Shown here: piece by piece, positions 12,166 to 25,253 of the stretch
Numbering within the stretch: the first letter of the stretch is position 1
Layout: each line of letters begins with the position of its first letter
NCBI RefSeq assembly: GCF_006345805.1
Contig: NC_043004.1
Location: 83,762,001 to 83,826,000, forward strand
DNA length: 64,000 bases
From: Octopus sinensis
Lineage: Eukaryota
Direction of reading: 5' to 3'
Program-made: the position numbers and the translations under genes
The notes under the pieces: generated by a model
Seen by the model: only the letters and a program-made list of their open reading frames with translations
Databases searched by the model: none
What the model was told of the DNA's origin: nothing

Positions 12166-13006
12166 ATATCTATCTACTTATTTATATATCTATTTATCTA
12201 TCTAAATTTCCTCTTTTGCTCTGGTCTGAAGGTCTAGTACCTATTTTGTCGGTTTCTGTACAAACTCCCTCACAAAATGTAAGTTGGTCCGGTGTAGTAG
12301 AACACATACAATTTCAAAATTTCTAAAATTGGAACAATTCTAAATATAGTAAACCGTACATCAGTACCTGAAATGGGCGCAGGAAATATTTTGCTATTTA
12401 TTGAGTCAACTCCGAATCATGGAACTACAACCTGCCTCTGGCACACTTCGAAAATAATATTAAAATACAAGTGCCTAATCAGCAGGCGCAACGTTTCGAG
12501 GTACATCTAGAGATATTCTAAAGAGGAACATCCCTTTGAGAAAACGAAAACCCTGAATATTACGATAGCTTTTCCTTTTTTCTATATCTGATTTTTTTTT
12601 ACTTATATTACCGTAGAAAAAAAAAATATTTGTAGACAAGTTGCGAAAACTGTTTTGTTGCAAGATGTGAAATTTATAATTTGTTTATCCAGAAACACAT
12701 TTCAGATATGTGCAGTTATACAAAAAAAGGTCACCATCACCTATCTAAATAAAAAAGTTAATATCGATATAGGCGATTGTTGGTTATAAATACATTGAGT
12801 GAGATACATTAATACCATACATATATATTAAATACATACATTTATTTCCTAAAATGTGCTTCCTAATAACCAAGGAAGTTTAATGATAACAGACCCGATA
12901 TTTTTGCTGAGGACTAACAGAAAAAATGTGAGTTCATAAATGCCAGATGCCTGATCACCTGCATATTCCCTTGAAAACCAGAGAAAGGGTATAACTAGAG
13001 GAAAAT

Positions 13007-13222
13007 CTACATCATTTACATCAATTAAATTTGACGGATATTTGTCCCCAACTTGTTGGGTTATTACAAAACGTTTCGGCTTATATACCCACCAGCCTTC
13101 ATAAGGTGGCTTGGGGAAATTTCGAACCAGGGGTTCTCATTCCTATGGTATTTTTCGATGTTGTCGTTGTTGTTGTTGTTGTTTTGTTGCTGTTATTATC
13201 ATCATCATCATTATTATTATTA

Positions 13223-13260
<38 letters not shown>

Positions 13261-13400
13261 ATCATTATTATTATTATTATTATTCAGGTCACTGCTTGGA
13301 ATCGAACGCGAAATGTTAGGGTTAGTAGCCCACGCTTTTAACCACTACCCCATATCCGTCAAATGTATATAATTCCTCATCTCTTAGGCATAGAACTGTA
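13007..13400 (-). mobile_element. Composite tRNA-headed SINE (copy 2), with inverted tail piece at 13354-13400
   Basis: Reverse complement reads tggggtagtggttaaaagcgtgggctac...gttcgattccaagcagtgacctg(aat)n...ccttatgaaggct...agccgaaacgtt. Confidence 0.8.
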
Positions 13401-13903
13401 GAGGCAAATCTGTTAAAAATTCCAGCTTCTATATTCAGATCATAAATTCAAACTTATACCAATAAGAATTGGATCACTTGCTTTTGCGAGCATATTCCTC
13501 AATGAGATTCTGTATAGCCACGTTTATCACGAAGATAACAACATGATCAGGTTGAGCAGTCATAAAGTGCTATATGAAAATATAGTCGTATTTATCATAT
13601 AACACAATTCAGGAAATAGAAAACCAACTCACAATACTAAATCCATTGGATTCTAAACTCAGGTAATCATTCAAACACAGGCGTACACTCGCAGTATTGC
13701 ACAATGTATGTACACACATCGGTGTGTTACACATGAACACCTACCTATTCTCGTCGTGAAGGACAATTTCACACTCTGACAGACACATACGTATGCGCTA
13801 CGCGATCGCATACATGAGGGTGCCAGCAGTTAAAATCTTTGTCTAGAAATTTAAAATTGCCCTTGTTATTTCTGTTCAGTTTGTCATTAATTGTGTTGCT
13901 GTT

Positions 13904-14820
13904 TTCTTCTTCTTCTTCTTCTTCTTCTTCTTCTTCCTTCTTCTTCTTCTTCTTCTTCTTCTTCTCTTCTTCTTCTCTTTTTCTTCTTCTTCTTCTTCTT
14001 TTTCTTCTTCTTCTCTTCTTTTTCTTCTTCTTCTTCTTCTTCTTCTTCTTTTCTTTTTCTTCTTCTTCTTTTCTTTTTCTTCTTCTTCTTTTCTTCTCTT
14101 CTTCTTCTTCTTCTTCTTCTTTTTCTCATCTTCTTCTTTTCTTTGTCTTCTTATCTTCTTCTTTTTCTTTTCTTCTTCTTATTCTCTTCTTATATTATTA
14201 TCTTCTTCTTTTTCTTCTTCTTTTTCTTTTTCTTCTTCTTCTTCTTCTTCTTCTTCTTCTTCTCTTTTTCTTCTTCTTCTTTTTCTTTTCTTCTTCTTCT
14301 TCTTTTCTTCTTCTTCTTCTTCTTCTTCTCTTCTTTTCTTCATCTTCTTCTTCTTCTTTTTCTTCTTCTTCTTCTTTTTCTTTTTCTTCTTCTTATTCTT
14401 CTTCTTATTATTATTATTCTTCTTCTTTTCTTCTCTTCTTCTTCTTCTTTTTTTCTTCTTCTTCTTCTTCTTCTTTTCTTCTTCTTCTTCTTCTTCTTCT
14501 TTTTCTTTTCTTCTTCTTCTTCTTTTTCTTTTCTTCTTCTTCTTCTTCTTCTTTTCTTCTTCTTCTTCTTTTTCTTCTTCTTCTTCTTCTTCTTCTTCTT
14601 CTTGGTCTTCTTCTTCTTCTTGGTCTTCTTCTTCTTCTTCGCCTTCTTCTTCTTCTTTTTCTTCTTCTTCTTCTTCTTCTTCTTCTTGGTCTTCTTCTTC
14701 TTCTTCTTTTTCTTCTTCTTCTTCTTCTTCTTCCGCTTCTTGTTCTACTCTCTTCTTGTTCTTCTTCTTCTTCCGCTTCTTGTTCTACTCTCTTCTTCTT
14801 CTTCTTCTTCTTCTTCTTCC
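13904..14820. repeat. ~0.9-kb imperfect (CTT)n/(GAA)n polypyrimidine-polypurine tract
   Basis: Seen directly; source of the 340/316-aa low-complexity ORFs. Confidence 0.98.
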
Positions 14821-15111
14821 AATCAGGACTCACGCCACTAGTCACAAAGGATAATCCCTAATTCGAGCCTACTCTAAGCTACTAAGAATGCGCGTGGTAA
14901 CTTGAACATCCCCCCACCACCACATGCGATAGACTGGCGGTTGCACAGGCGCGAAAGCTACGTTGTTATACTCATTCCGTAAACGGTGGCTTTTAACGGG
15001 CGGAGAGCTGAACCATCCTGGGGTACAGAGGATTCGCAATCTAGACTAGGGTTGAAATGTTACCACACCATAGTGTGTTACACCATGGTTCCTCTGCTTC
15101 GTGGCAGAAGT

Positions 15112-15292
15112 AGGAAGAAAGAGTGAGAGAAAGTTGTGGTGAAAGAGTACAGCAGGGTCCACCACCAACGCCCACCGGAGCCTCGTGAAGCTTGGGTGTT
15201 TTTGCTCAATAAATACTCACAAAGCTCAGTCTGGGAATCTAAACCGCATTCTTTCGACCGCGAGTGGGCCATTGCGCCTCCACTGTTACTGT
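15112..15292 (-). mobile_element. SINE family C (tRNA-derived head), with a head deletion
   Basis: Reverse complement aligns with 16062-16210 (ggaggc...cagactg...gagcgaaacacctaagctcc; ttcgccacaactttctctcac). Confidence 0.75.
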
Positions 15293-15335
15293 TATTTCAG
15301 CTGTTGTTGAGAGCGCCTCAATTATTTGTTTATTT

Positions 15336-15371
<36 letters not shown>

Positions 15372-15449
15372 TTCATGCTATACATTTAGCACTATTTCTT
15401 TTATTAACATCGCCATTGCCGTTAGGAATATTATTACTACAGCTGACGA

Positions 15450-15630
15450 AATATTGTTAGAATCTTTAGCACGCAGGTAAAAATGCTTAACAGGCAGGAT
15501 ATCGTCTGTCCTAACAATTAACTTCAATTTCCGCCGAGGTCGATTTTACCTTTCAGTTTTTTTCGAAGTCTATAAAACAAGTACCAGTTGATCCCCGCGG
15601 TTGATATTATCGAGTTAACCTCCCCGCCCG
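15450..15630 (+). mobile_element. SINE family A copy
   Basis: ttagcacgc...aatgctta...tccgccgaggtcgattttacctttca...aagtaccag. Confidence 0.7.
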
Positions 15631-15769
15631 TACTCGATGGCCTTCTTTAAATATTTGAAACTAATATTATTATTTCTACTCAACTGATATTTCTACCATT
15701 GTTGAAACAAATATGTTTATACCTACTGCCAAATCTGAACCATCTGAAGCAACGATGGAATACATTACA

Positions 15770-15790
15770 GACACACACACACACACACAT

Positions 15791-15823
<33 letters not shown>

Positions 15824-15830
15824 TACACAT

Positions 15831-15865
<35 letters not shown>

Positions 15866-15921
15866 CACATACACACACACACACACAAACACACAACACA
15901 ACTACACAGATACACAACACA

Positions 15922-15979
<58 letters not shown>

Positions 15980-16025
15980 CACACTGACATAATACACTCA
16001 CACAATACACATAGACACGCACACA
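15770..16025. repeat. (CA)n microsatellite
   Basis: Seen directly. Confidence 0.97.
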
Positions 16026-16061
16026 AACGTAGATAGATATAAATATGGACATATAATGTTT

Positions 16062-16330
16062 ATGTGGAGGCATCTGTCTTAGTGGTTAGAGCAGCGGACT
16101 CACGGTCGAGAGATCGCGAGTTCGAATCTCAGACTGGGTGATGTGAGTGTTTATGAGCGAAACACCTAAGCTCCATTCTTTCGCCACAACTTTCTCTCAC
16201 ACTTTCCTCCTGCACCTTGCAACTCACTTGCGGCGGACCGGCGTCTCGTCGTCAAGGTAGGGAACCTATACGCCAAGGAAACCGGGAAACCGGCCCTTAT
16301 GAGCCAGGCGTGGCTTCGATCTTGAACAGC
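16062..16330 (+). mobile_element. SINE family C copy
   Basis: tRNA-like head ttagtggttagagcagcggactcacggtcg...gagttcgaatc; no acceptor-stem closure; continues into a SINE body. Confidence 0.8.
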
Positions 16331-16369
16331 AATAGGATTGCGGTATGTAACTTACCCTCCGATGCAGAA

Positions 16370-16622
16370 TCCGGGCAAGGTAGTTTATGGAAGACCAGCT
16401 GTAACCATGCATACTAGCTTCCCCTCTCCACACCACCGACGTTATCCAAAGGCCAATACAACTTGGCACCATTGGCGTCTCAGGTCATTTCTACAGCTGA
16501 GAGGACCGAGGCAACGTGAAATTAAGTGTATTGCTCAAGAGCACAGCACACAACCCTATCCGAGAATCGAACTTATTCCCCCATGATTATGAGACCGACG
16601 CTTTCACCACTGAGCCATGCCC
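16370..16622 (-). mobile_element. SINE family D copy (tRNA-like head)
   Basis: Reverse complement begins gggcatggctcagtggtgaaagcgtcggtctcataatc...aagttcgattctc. Confidence 0.7.
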
Positions 16623-16630
16623 TATATATA

Positions 16631-16671
<41 letters not shown>

Positions 16672-17574
16672 AGAGAGAGAGAGCGAGAGAGAGAGAGCGA
16701 GAGAGAGAGATAGAGAGAGATAGAGAGATAGATAGATAGATTGATAGATAGATAGATAAATAGGTAGATAGGTAGAAACATACATACATACATACATGTA
16801 GATACATTCATACAAGCAAGCAGACGGACATACAAAAATGTATACATATATGTATTTATAGCTATCGATATATATGTGCGAGTGAAGAGAGTGCGTGGGA
16901 GTTAATACTAATGGCGAAATACTTAAAAGTTTATTTTACAATAGACACACAAATTATACAAAACATGATTACCAATAATAGTTATTTACAGTGTTACATG
17001 ATTATATGTGAAGTAAATTTAGTGACATTTTGTATTACTGATTTTTTTTCCTTTAGTTGTTCTCGGTAACAATAATTTAACTAATAACTTTGGATGTCGT
17101 AGCATCACGTTGTTATAGAATAATTAAAACAGTAAAATGAGTTCCAATAAAAGAAAAGAATACGCCTGCAATTCAATGTCTGTCTGTGTCTGCATTTTGT
17201 CTGCTTCACACATTCTCTCTTCTCATTTACCTCTCTCTCTCTCTCTCTCTCATTATATTTATCACTATCTCTCCCTCTTCCCAACTCTCCATCACTCTTT
17301 CAGTAATTTCATATAGCAGCAAACGTTCAGCATTCATCAGTTACGGTACAATACTGAAAAAGAATTATTAGAAATATGTTGTTTAAATACGTAATTCCAA
17401 GGAACTCGTATGCCTCTCATTGGATTTAAACGTGACACCTTCTCACACACAACCAAACTAAATATAGGGTATCATCAACCAAGCTTAATACGGTACTGAT
17501 TTCGATGGTCATTGCCATTAGTTTCTTGCAGCATTCTCATTGGACGTATTGCCGTATCATAACATGAAGAAACT

Positions 17575-17884
17575 TCCACCATACTGGTGGAATGTCTTTG
17601 TGAAAACCTCCATAAAATGTAAAAACAACTGATCTGATATAATGATTTGGGATAGAGTTGTGGAAAGCAGCTGCTCAGCTGATGTTAACATAAAGATAAA
17701 GACTAGCAGTTACACTATCCAGATTGCAAGTTCATGGTTATACCTGTAATTATTGGGGCCTTAGTACATGTAACACGCTGTCTGAATAATAATCTTGAGA
17801 AAGTAGGTTTCCCAAATCCAGACAGGATAGAGAAAATCCGAAGTCTACAGATCCAATCAATGAATGGCACTGTAAAAATCATTG

Positions 17885-17886
<2 letters not shown>
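17575..17886 (+). mobile_element. Decayed R4/Dong-like REL endonuclease fragment (third lineage)
   Basis: YWWNVFVKTSIKCKNN*SDIMIWD..ESSCSADVNI...VIPVIIGALVHVTRCL..NLEKVGF...LQIQSMNGTVKI. Confidence 0.7.
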
Positions 17887-17949
<63 letters not shown>

Positions 17950-18075
17950 TGTTATTGGGCAGTGCTGCAGCATGGCCGCTGTCAAATCACCGAAACAAAT
18001 AAAATAAAAGAGTATATATTTACTTACACGTACAGACACACATACATATAGGTATATGTGGTGTATATATATATG

Positions 18076-18153
<78 letters not shown>

Positions 18154-18297
18154 ATTATATATATACTTATACCTTTTATTCAATAAGAATATTATATACT
18201 GAATTTATATTCAGTGCTCCATTGCATAAAACTATCAATACTATCAAAGTATTTATATGTTTAATACGAGGGATATATACATATATCTTTTAATAAT

Positions 18298-18590
18298 TAT
18301 ATTATTATTATTACTATAAGGAAATTAATATCCAAACTCATAAAAATTGTATCCGTGTGAAAGAACTATGAAATAAATTTGATAGTTTAAAAGATTTGAA
18401 TTAATTATTTAATCTTAAATAATTAATTCAAAACTTTTAAACTATCAAATCTATTTTATACATTATATTTATATTTTTATATTTATTTATTTATATATAT
18501 TTTTAATACAATAAGTTCTTCCACACGGGTATATCTTCATGATGAGTTTGGATATTAATTTCTTTATATTAATAATAATAATATATTATA
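18298..18590. repeat. Imperfect AT-rich foldback palindrome
   Basis: Inner arms 18377-18411 and 18416-18450 match 34/35; outer arms ~18298-18367 and ~18514-18585; extra AT-rich segment in the right arm. Confidence 0.9.
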
Positions 18591-18600
18591 GTAATATACG

Positions 18601-18639
<39 letters not shown>

Positions 18640-18666
18640 TGTTTTGTGTGTGTGTGTGTGTTTATG

Positions 18667-18707
<41 letters not shown>

Positions 18708-18710
18708 ATA

Positions 18711-19377
18711 CATGGTGATTGAAAAGTAACTCCCTATTTTTAAATAATTATAATTTATTTATTAACTATAATTTTTAGAAATAACGAATATGTAAAGAAA
18801 GTGTATAGTATGGAATTTTATTTAAAATTTTATATAGCCATCAGCATTCACCACCAACTTCAGAAGCCACCTGGGAACCACATCAATTGATTTCATCAGG
18901 AAGCTTGTGGAATGAAAGACAGAACTTCTCGTATTCACCCTTCAAGTTCTTCCAAAGTCATTGGTTTGGTAGAGAAGACTTCCTCCTTTAACCAACCCCA
19001 AACAAAACAGTCGCAGGGTGTTAATTCAGGGCTTCTGGTCAGGCAGTCATGGGTACCTTGAGGAATTGGAAGGACGACCACTTCAAGTATCAGCTACAAA
19101 TCCTGTAAACATAAATTTTGCATGGCAATTCTTGATTAACTGATCTCCAAACTTCGTAATGTGCAGCTAGCTGGGCACGCTCCTGCACAGTAAAGCATCC
19201 AGCCATGTTTGTAGGGCTTCTAAATTTCAAACAAAATAATCAATCTGAAAAAAAAACAACAACATGGAATCAATTCCGATACATTAAAGAACATACACAA
19301 CAAAATTGAGAAAAAAATATAGTTAATAAATAAATTATAAGCATTTTAAAATAGGGAGTTACTTTCCAATCACCCTG
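18711..19377 (-). mobile_element. Internally deleted Tc1/mariner-superfamily DNA transposon (667 bp)
   Basis: TIRs ca(t/g)ggtgattg(a/g)aaagtaactccctatttt with TA on both sides. Minus strand has N-terminal MAGCFTVQERAQLAAHYEVWRSV joined to C-terminal LTRSPELTPCDCFVWGWLKEEVFSTKPMTLEEL (SPDLxPxD motif). Confidence 0.88.
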
Positions 19378-20115
19378 TATATATATATGTATGTATGTAT
19401 ATAGTTATGTGTATGTGTGCTCGTGCATGATTTCATTGGGATAGATCTTAGCTTCTCCCATTTCGTCAGATAAAGTCAGTTCATGAAATGCATAAAATTA
19501 TTGAATCATCACTGAAAATTTCACTTTTGTAATATTTCCAGCAATATCTGTCGCAATTTAGCTACATATTCAGTCAACTGTTATTAAGTTGATATAGCGT
19601 AAATCCTTGTTAATCTTCGCTTAATCTACTTAGGTAACGTTACATTAAAAACTTGTTAAATTACATTATACCTTTAGTAGTAGCGTATCAGGAAAAGATT
19701 CTTAGTCTCCTATCATAATTTAATAATGAATGTATTTTAAACTAAAACGATCGAGTTTTCTTATTGAAAATCTTCATAAACTATCTTTTTTCAAAATCTG
19801 CTTGTTACTAAGATTCTCTTTTAATTACTCTAGGGAATTCAATAATTCCCTTACCATCTCATACCGATCAGTATATATAACATATGACTATTGATTCTCT
19901 GCATTGTTTTGTTCATTTATACGTCTATGAATATTTCATTTTTGCTTTAGGACAACTCGAAAATAATTATAGCTATTGAACACCAATTATTGTCGTACTT
20001 TGTGAGATCTCATTTATATGTGAAGCCCTTAGGTCTGAATCACTTAATATTAGCAAATGGCACCTTTTTTTGCAGCTTCCTAGTAATGTTAGTTACATAT
20101 ATATGTATATATATA

Positions 20116-20158
<43 letters not shown>

Positions 20159-23100
20159 TATATATTCTTTTTTTGTTGTTGCTTCCGAATTATTTCTCAA
20201 TAATTTCGCATCCTAATCGTTCTCAATTATCTTGCCTGGAGTAACTGTTTGTATTTTCGTTCCGATTGTGCTTTTGTTTTATTTCAAACTTATATTTTTA
20301 TTTTATTTTAAAAATTCAGTTTATCTTTCTCAAACACTTCTTTATTTCTTTTAAATATTTTTATCCTTTTAGTTTAATCACTTGGAAATTATTCACTTTT
20401 GATCTGCTTCTGATATTGCTATATATAGTCGTTTCTCTACAATTTCCATATGTTAATTTTTTTACATATGTCAACGCAATAAATCAATTTTTACAGCAGT
20501 TTCTGCAACTAATTCATTCTACTAATATCTCTGATTCCATTTATTGGTGACCTAATCCGTCACAGAATTTCAATATGTTAGAAGCACTCAGCCGAAATCT
20601 CCGGTTGGAATATATCTTACCTCAGCTGACTGCTGATCTTATGTAGGGAAATGCATGACTATTTTCCTCATTCACAAATATAATATCCATACATGTTACA
20701 TTTGTGAATAAACTTGCATTGATATCAAGTAATGCTATCATGCGCAATGAACAAAATAATGAAGGACATTAATGTGGAGCCAGAATGTGAACATACATAT
20801 TATATCTTTATACGATAGTACCAGTTAATTTCTTTATGGAAATTGAAATCTCTCTCTTACAGGTTGATCCGCTGTTTTATTTTCAACAGACAATCTAATC
20901 AAGAATCGATTTTAAAATTGAGGCGCTTAATGAGTATTATGCTAAAACTATTAATAATGTATTGGCATCCTTTCTGTCTCGGGAGACAGTGGAGTTGCGC
21001 AGGCTTGTGGCGGGCCAGCACCTTATTAACTGGGGGCTGCCCAGCTTGAGGTGGGCAGTAGCTAACCAATAGGACACGGAGGTCCCTCCCACCGTCAGAG
21101 GTAACCCGTAGCGCCCATATTTTACGCCAATCTGAATGGACTTATCACTCGTGACTGTTACCTCCCGTGTTGTTTCTGCAGCTTTTTACAGCAGCACTTG
21201 GAAACAGAATAGATGATTGTTTGAAATATATGACATAACAGATGTTATTGAGCACATCCGTATATATATCTCACTGATATACATATTGTGACTTAATATG
21301 TGGTTATAATGATTTTTCGTTTTAGTGTTTATCGTTTATTATATTACGAGCGACTAAAGTTTCTCTTTTATGTAATCTTGGAGAAAATCAAGTTAAGGTT
21401 AGTACTGTGAGAAGCATCAACAATATAAAAGATATAAATGATGATATATAAAAGAACGAATAAGAAATATATGTAGATAACTGAATAATCAAGTAAACGG
21501 GTGATAGCTTCTGTCGAGTAGGTGGCACATCTTTATGACACACAACACAGAAGATAAACTACCAAATTTGTTTTTTCCTAATAATATATTCACGTAGAAT
21601 ATAATTAGGATAGCGCCAAAGAGCCTAATCAACTAATCAGCCAAAATATGATAAACAAATGGTTTATCAGCTCTGTGCAGTTATATAAAAAAAAGGGGGA
21701 TCACCATCGCCTATCTAAGTACAAAATTAACATTGATATAGGCAATTGTTGTTTATAAATATATTGAGTGAGATACATTACTACCATGCATACCTACTAA
21801 AATGCATACACATATTTCCTAAAATGTGCTTCCTAATAAGCAAAAAACAAAAAACCTGTTAAGACAAATGGGTGATAGCCTGTGTTCAGTAGGATTCGCA
21901 AACTTAGTTCATTCAATGAGATATTTCTCTAAAAGTGATAAGCTCCAACCGACTATACCTAATATCATTTATTCTTTGATTAAAATATATTAAATCTCAG
22001 AGCGATTTATAAACAGTAGCTACAGCACATCCTGACGTATATTTGCCATTTAAATATGGCTAACTCCTAAGGGTCTATGCTACTGCTGTTTGTAGACACA
22101 GGAGGCCACCACCTACAGATGGCTATAGACACACTTTCCGTGCCCTATCAGTATTTGCAAAGGGAAGTCATCCTACCCGTCCTCAACTTACGATACACAT
22201 ACATCGGCGTGTGACAATCACAGTTGTCAATGAGAATTAAGTTCCCTTCACAAATACTTATACCTTTCTCCAGTATCGATAGACGATATTGAAAAAGTGT
22301 AAACAAGCAATAATAAATCTCAGAGCGAGTTATAAACAGTAGCTACAACACATCGTGACGTATATTTGCCATTTAAATATGGCTAACCCCTAACGTCACG
22401 CTAAAATATATTATTCTATTAAAATAAAATCTTTCACAATTTTATCCTTTATTATAATATATATGTAATATATTGAAAGAGAGAGACAGAGACAGAGACA
22501 GAGTGGGTGGGAGGGGTAAGAGAAAGAGGGCTAGTGAACGTAATGAAGACACAGTGAGAGAGTGACATCTCGTACATATACACATCATAACTTGAAAATT
22601 TAACTTATTCACCTGAAGATGTTCATTTTTAAATTGTAAATTTTATTGCACTAAATTATCAAAGGATATTACACGTACAAACACACACTAACGCATATAT
22701 GTACATGCATCTGTATGTGTATGTATGCTTATGAGTGCATACCTGAATTTGTATGCGCTCAGTCGTTGATGTGTTTGTGTGTAAAAATAGTTTTAATGTA
22801 AATATCTAAGAATATATGAACATCTGTTCTTATAAATTTGCCTCTTCACGGCTGCAGACGTACACAGAAAAAAACTTTTACGCATAGACACTTGTATTTC
22901 ATGACTAAAAATATATTGTCAAGTTAGATTACATCATAGCTAACAAAAGAAATTAAAATATTAAATAACAAACAGCAAGATAGGTCTCAAAACATTCACA
23001 AACGCGACGCAATGCTAAAAATATCAAAATAGTCGAAGCTGTCATATAAAAAATAATTCTGTTGTAAATAATAGAGACTTTCCAATAGAATTAAGATATC

Positions 23101-23324
23101 TGCGTCCATCAATATTTCTTCAATATTTCAAATGAAACGTACACAATAGCAGAGATTTGAGTTTTCCGCAAGAACGGCAACCTGGACCCAAAGCGGAAAC
23201 AATACTGCGTAAGGTGAATCATTCAAAATATGGATAGCAGAAGTTCTCTCTTCCTTCTTCACTCTCCCTTATATTTCTTTCTCCTTCTCTCTCTCATCAC
23301 TCTTTCTCTCTCTGTTATAAATAA

Positions 23325-23375
<51 letters not shown>

Positions 23376-23461
23376 GTATATACTATATATGCCTACACAT
23401 ATATCCATATATATATCCATACATATCCCCTACATATATATCCCCTACATATATCCATATA

Positions 23462-23503
<42 letters not shown>

Positions 23504-24113
23504 TATATATATATAATATATGCACGCGCGTGTCTATGTTTCTATGCATATATATATGACTGAATGGGGGATTTTTGTAAAATGTAAACATAAAATACCC
23601 AACACTAATTTTTGTTAAACTTTTCTTATTGTTTAGCATACAAGAGCATGTTCAAAAATAGTTGGCTCCATAAGAAGTAATCAATGCTTAATAATCTTCG
23701 TTGTGTTTTCCCCAAACGCAATGCAGAATGAATATTATGAATATACCAGATGTTAGGGTTATATAACAGTTGACCCTTAGCTCACGTGGAATAGATACAA
23801 ACTTGAGATCAATCGTTTACGAAGGCATGCTCGAGGTATAAATAGATACATTTCCATCGTTGCATAACAAAATTGAATGGATATTTCAAACGTTGCATAT
23901 GAAAGGTTTATAATCATTGTTCAGTATATACACACACACATACCTATCTATCTATCTATACATACATACATACATACATACATACATACATACATACATA
24001 CATACATACATACATACATACATACATACATACATAGATATATATATATATACATGCATACACATATATTATATATACATACATATGTATGTATATATAT
24101 GAATGCATATATA

Positions 24114-24166
<53 letters not shown>

Positions 24167-24682
24167 ATAATATATATATTATATATATATACATACGCAC
24201 ATACACACATATATCTGATGCATATAAAACTCATATACTAGATAAATATGTAACAATTGAAAGATAGCTTTGTATTAAACTAAACGATGGATATTTTATT
24301 TACACGAAAGTATATATAAACTTCGTTGATAAATTTGTTTTATTTATGTAAAAATGAATACGTAATTCTAAGTAGACAGCAATTATTTACCAATGTTATA
24401 TGATTTATTTGTTACAGCAATTTATCATCCGTATGGAAATTCCATTTGGAAAAAGTATTACATATTCAAGATGCAGGTATTTTTATCATCGTTCTTAAGA
24501 AAAATATCTTACGTTATATCTCGTAGAGAGTTTTTCATGTAGTTGTTTTGACTTTTTGTTTGCAGTTTTTTCTTTTTATAAAATACGAAAATAATGAATA
24601 TATCGTAAATAAAATATCCAATCAAAAGTAATGATTAGTAATAATTTTAAAAGTAACTTTGTTTGATTATTAATTCAGTATT

Positions 24683-25103
24683 GGCGCAGGAGTGGCTGTG
24701 TGGTAAGTAGCTTGCTAACCATCCACATGGTTGCGGGTTCAGTCCCACTGCGTGGCATCTTGGGCAAGTGTCTTCTGCTATAGCCCCGGGCCAACCGATG
24801 CCTTGTGAGTTGATTTGGTAGACGGAAACTGAAAGAAGCCTGCCGTATATATGTGTATATATATATATACGTGTGTGTGTGTGTGTTTGTGTGTCTGTGT
24901 TTGTCCCCCTAGCATTGCTTGACAACCGACGCTGGTGTGTTTACGTTCCCGTCACTTAGCGGCTCGGCAAAAGAGACCGATAGTATAAGTACTGGGCTTA
25001 CAAAGAATAAGTCCCGGGGTCGATTTGATCGACTAAAGGCGGTGCTCCAGCATGGCCGCAGTCAAATGACTGAAACAAGTAAAAGAATAAAAGAGTAAAA
25101 GAG
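24683..25103 (+). mobile_element. SINE family B, full length, with internal (TA)/(TG) microsatellite
   Basis: ggcgcaggagtggctgtgtggtaag...gggttcagtcccactgcgtggc...ggtagacggaaactgaaagaagcc...catggccgcagtcaaatgactgaaacaagtaaaaga; second full copy at 38977. Confidence 0.88.
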
Positions 25104-25253
25104 AGTATACATTGATACATACATACATATATATATAAATATATGGTGTAAATTTAGGATGAATACTTGATAAGTGTAAGCACCTGTAAACGCCAGATAG
25201 TGGCAGAGGTGAGAGAGAATACACCAAATAAAATCAATAGCAGAACACAAAGG

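Noticed and set aside
13839-14861. Long ORFs of 300+ aa and the many poly-I/Y/H/T/C/V ORFs across the window
   Set aside because: They are translations of microsatellites, with no domain content.
16062-16140. Possible tRNA gene (also 7181-7240 and 13285-13353)
   Set aside because: A/B boxes are present, but there is no cloverleaf closure and each continues into a repeated body; these are SINE heads.
21000-21110. HDV-like or twister ribozyme
   Set aside because: I could not place P1/P3/P1.1 or the twister pseudoknots by hand; retained only as an unexplained structured island.
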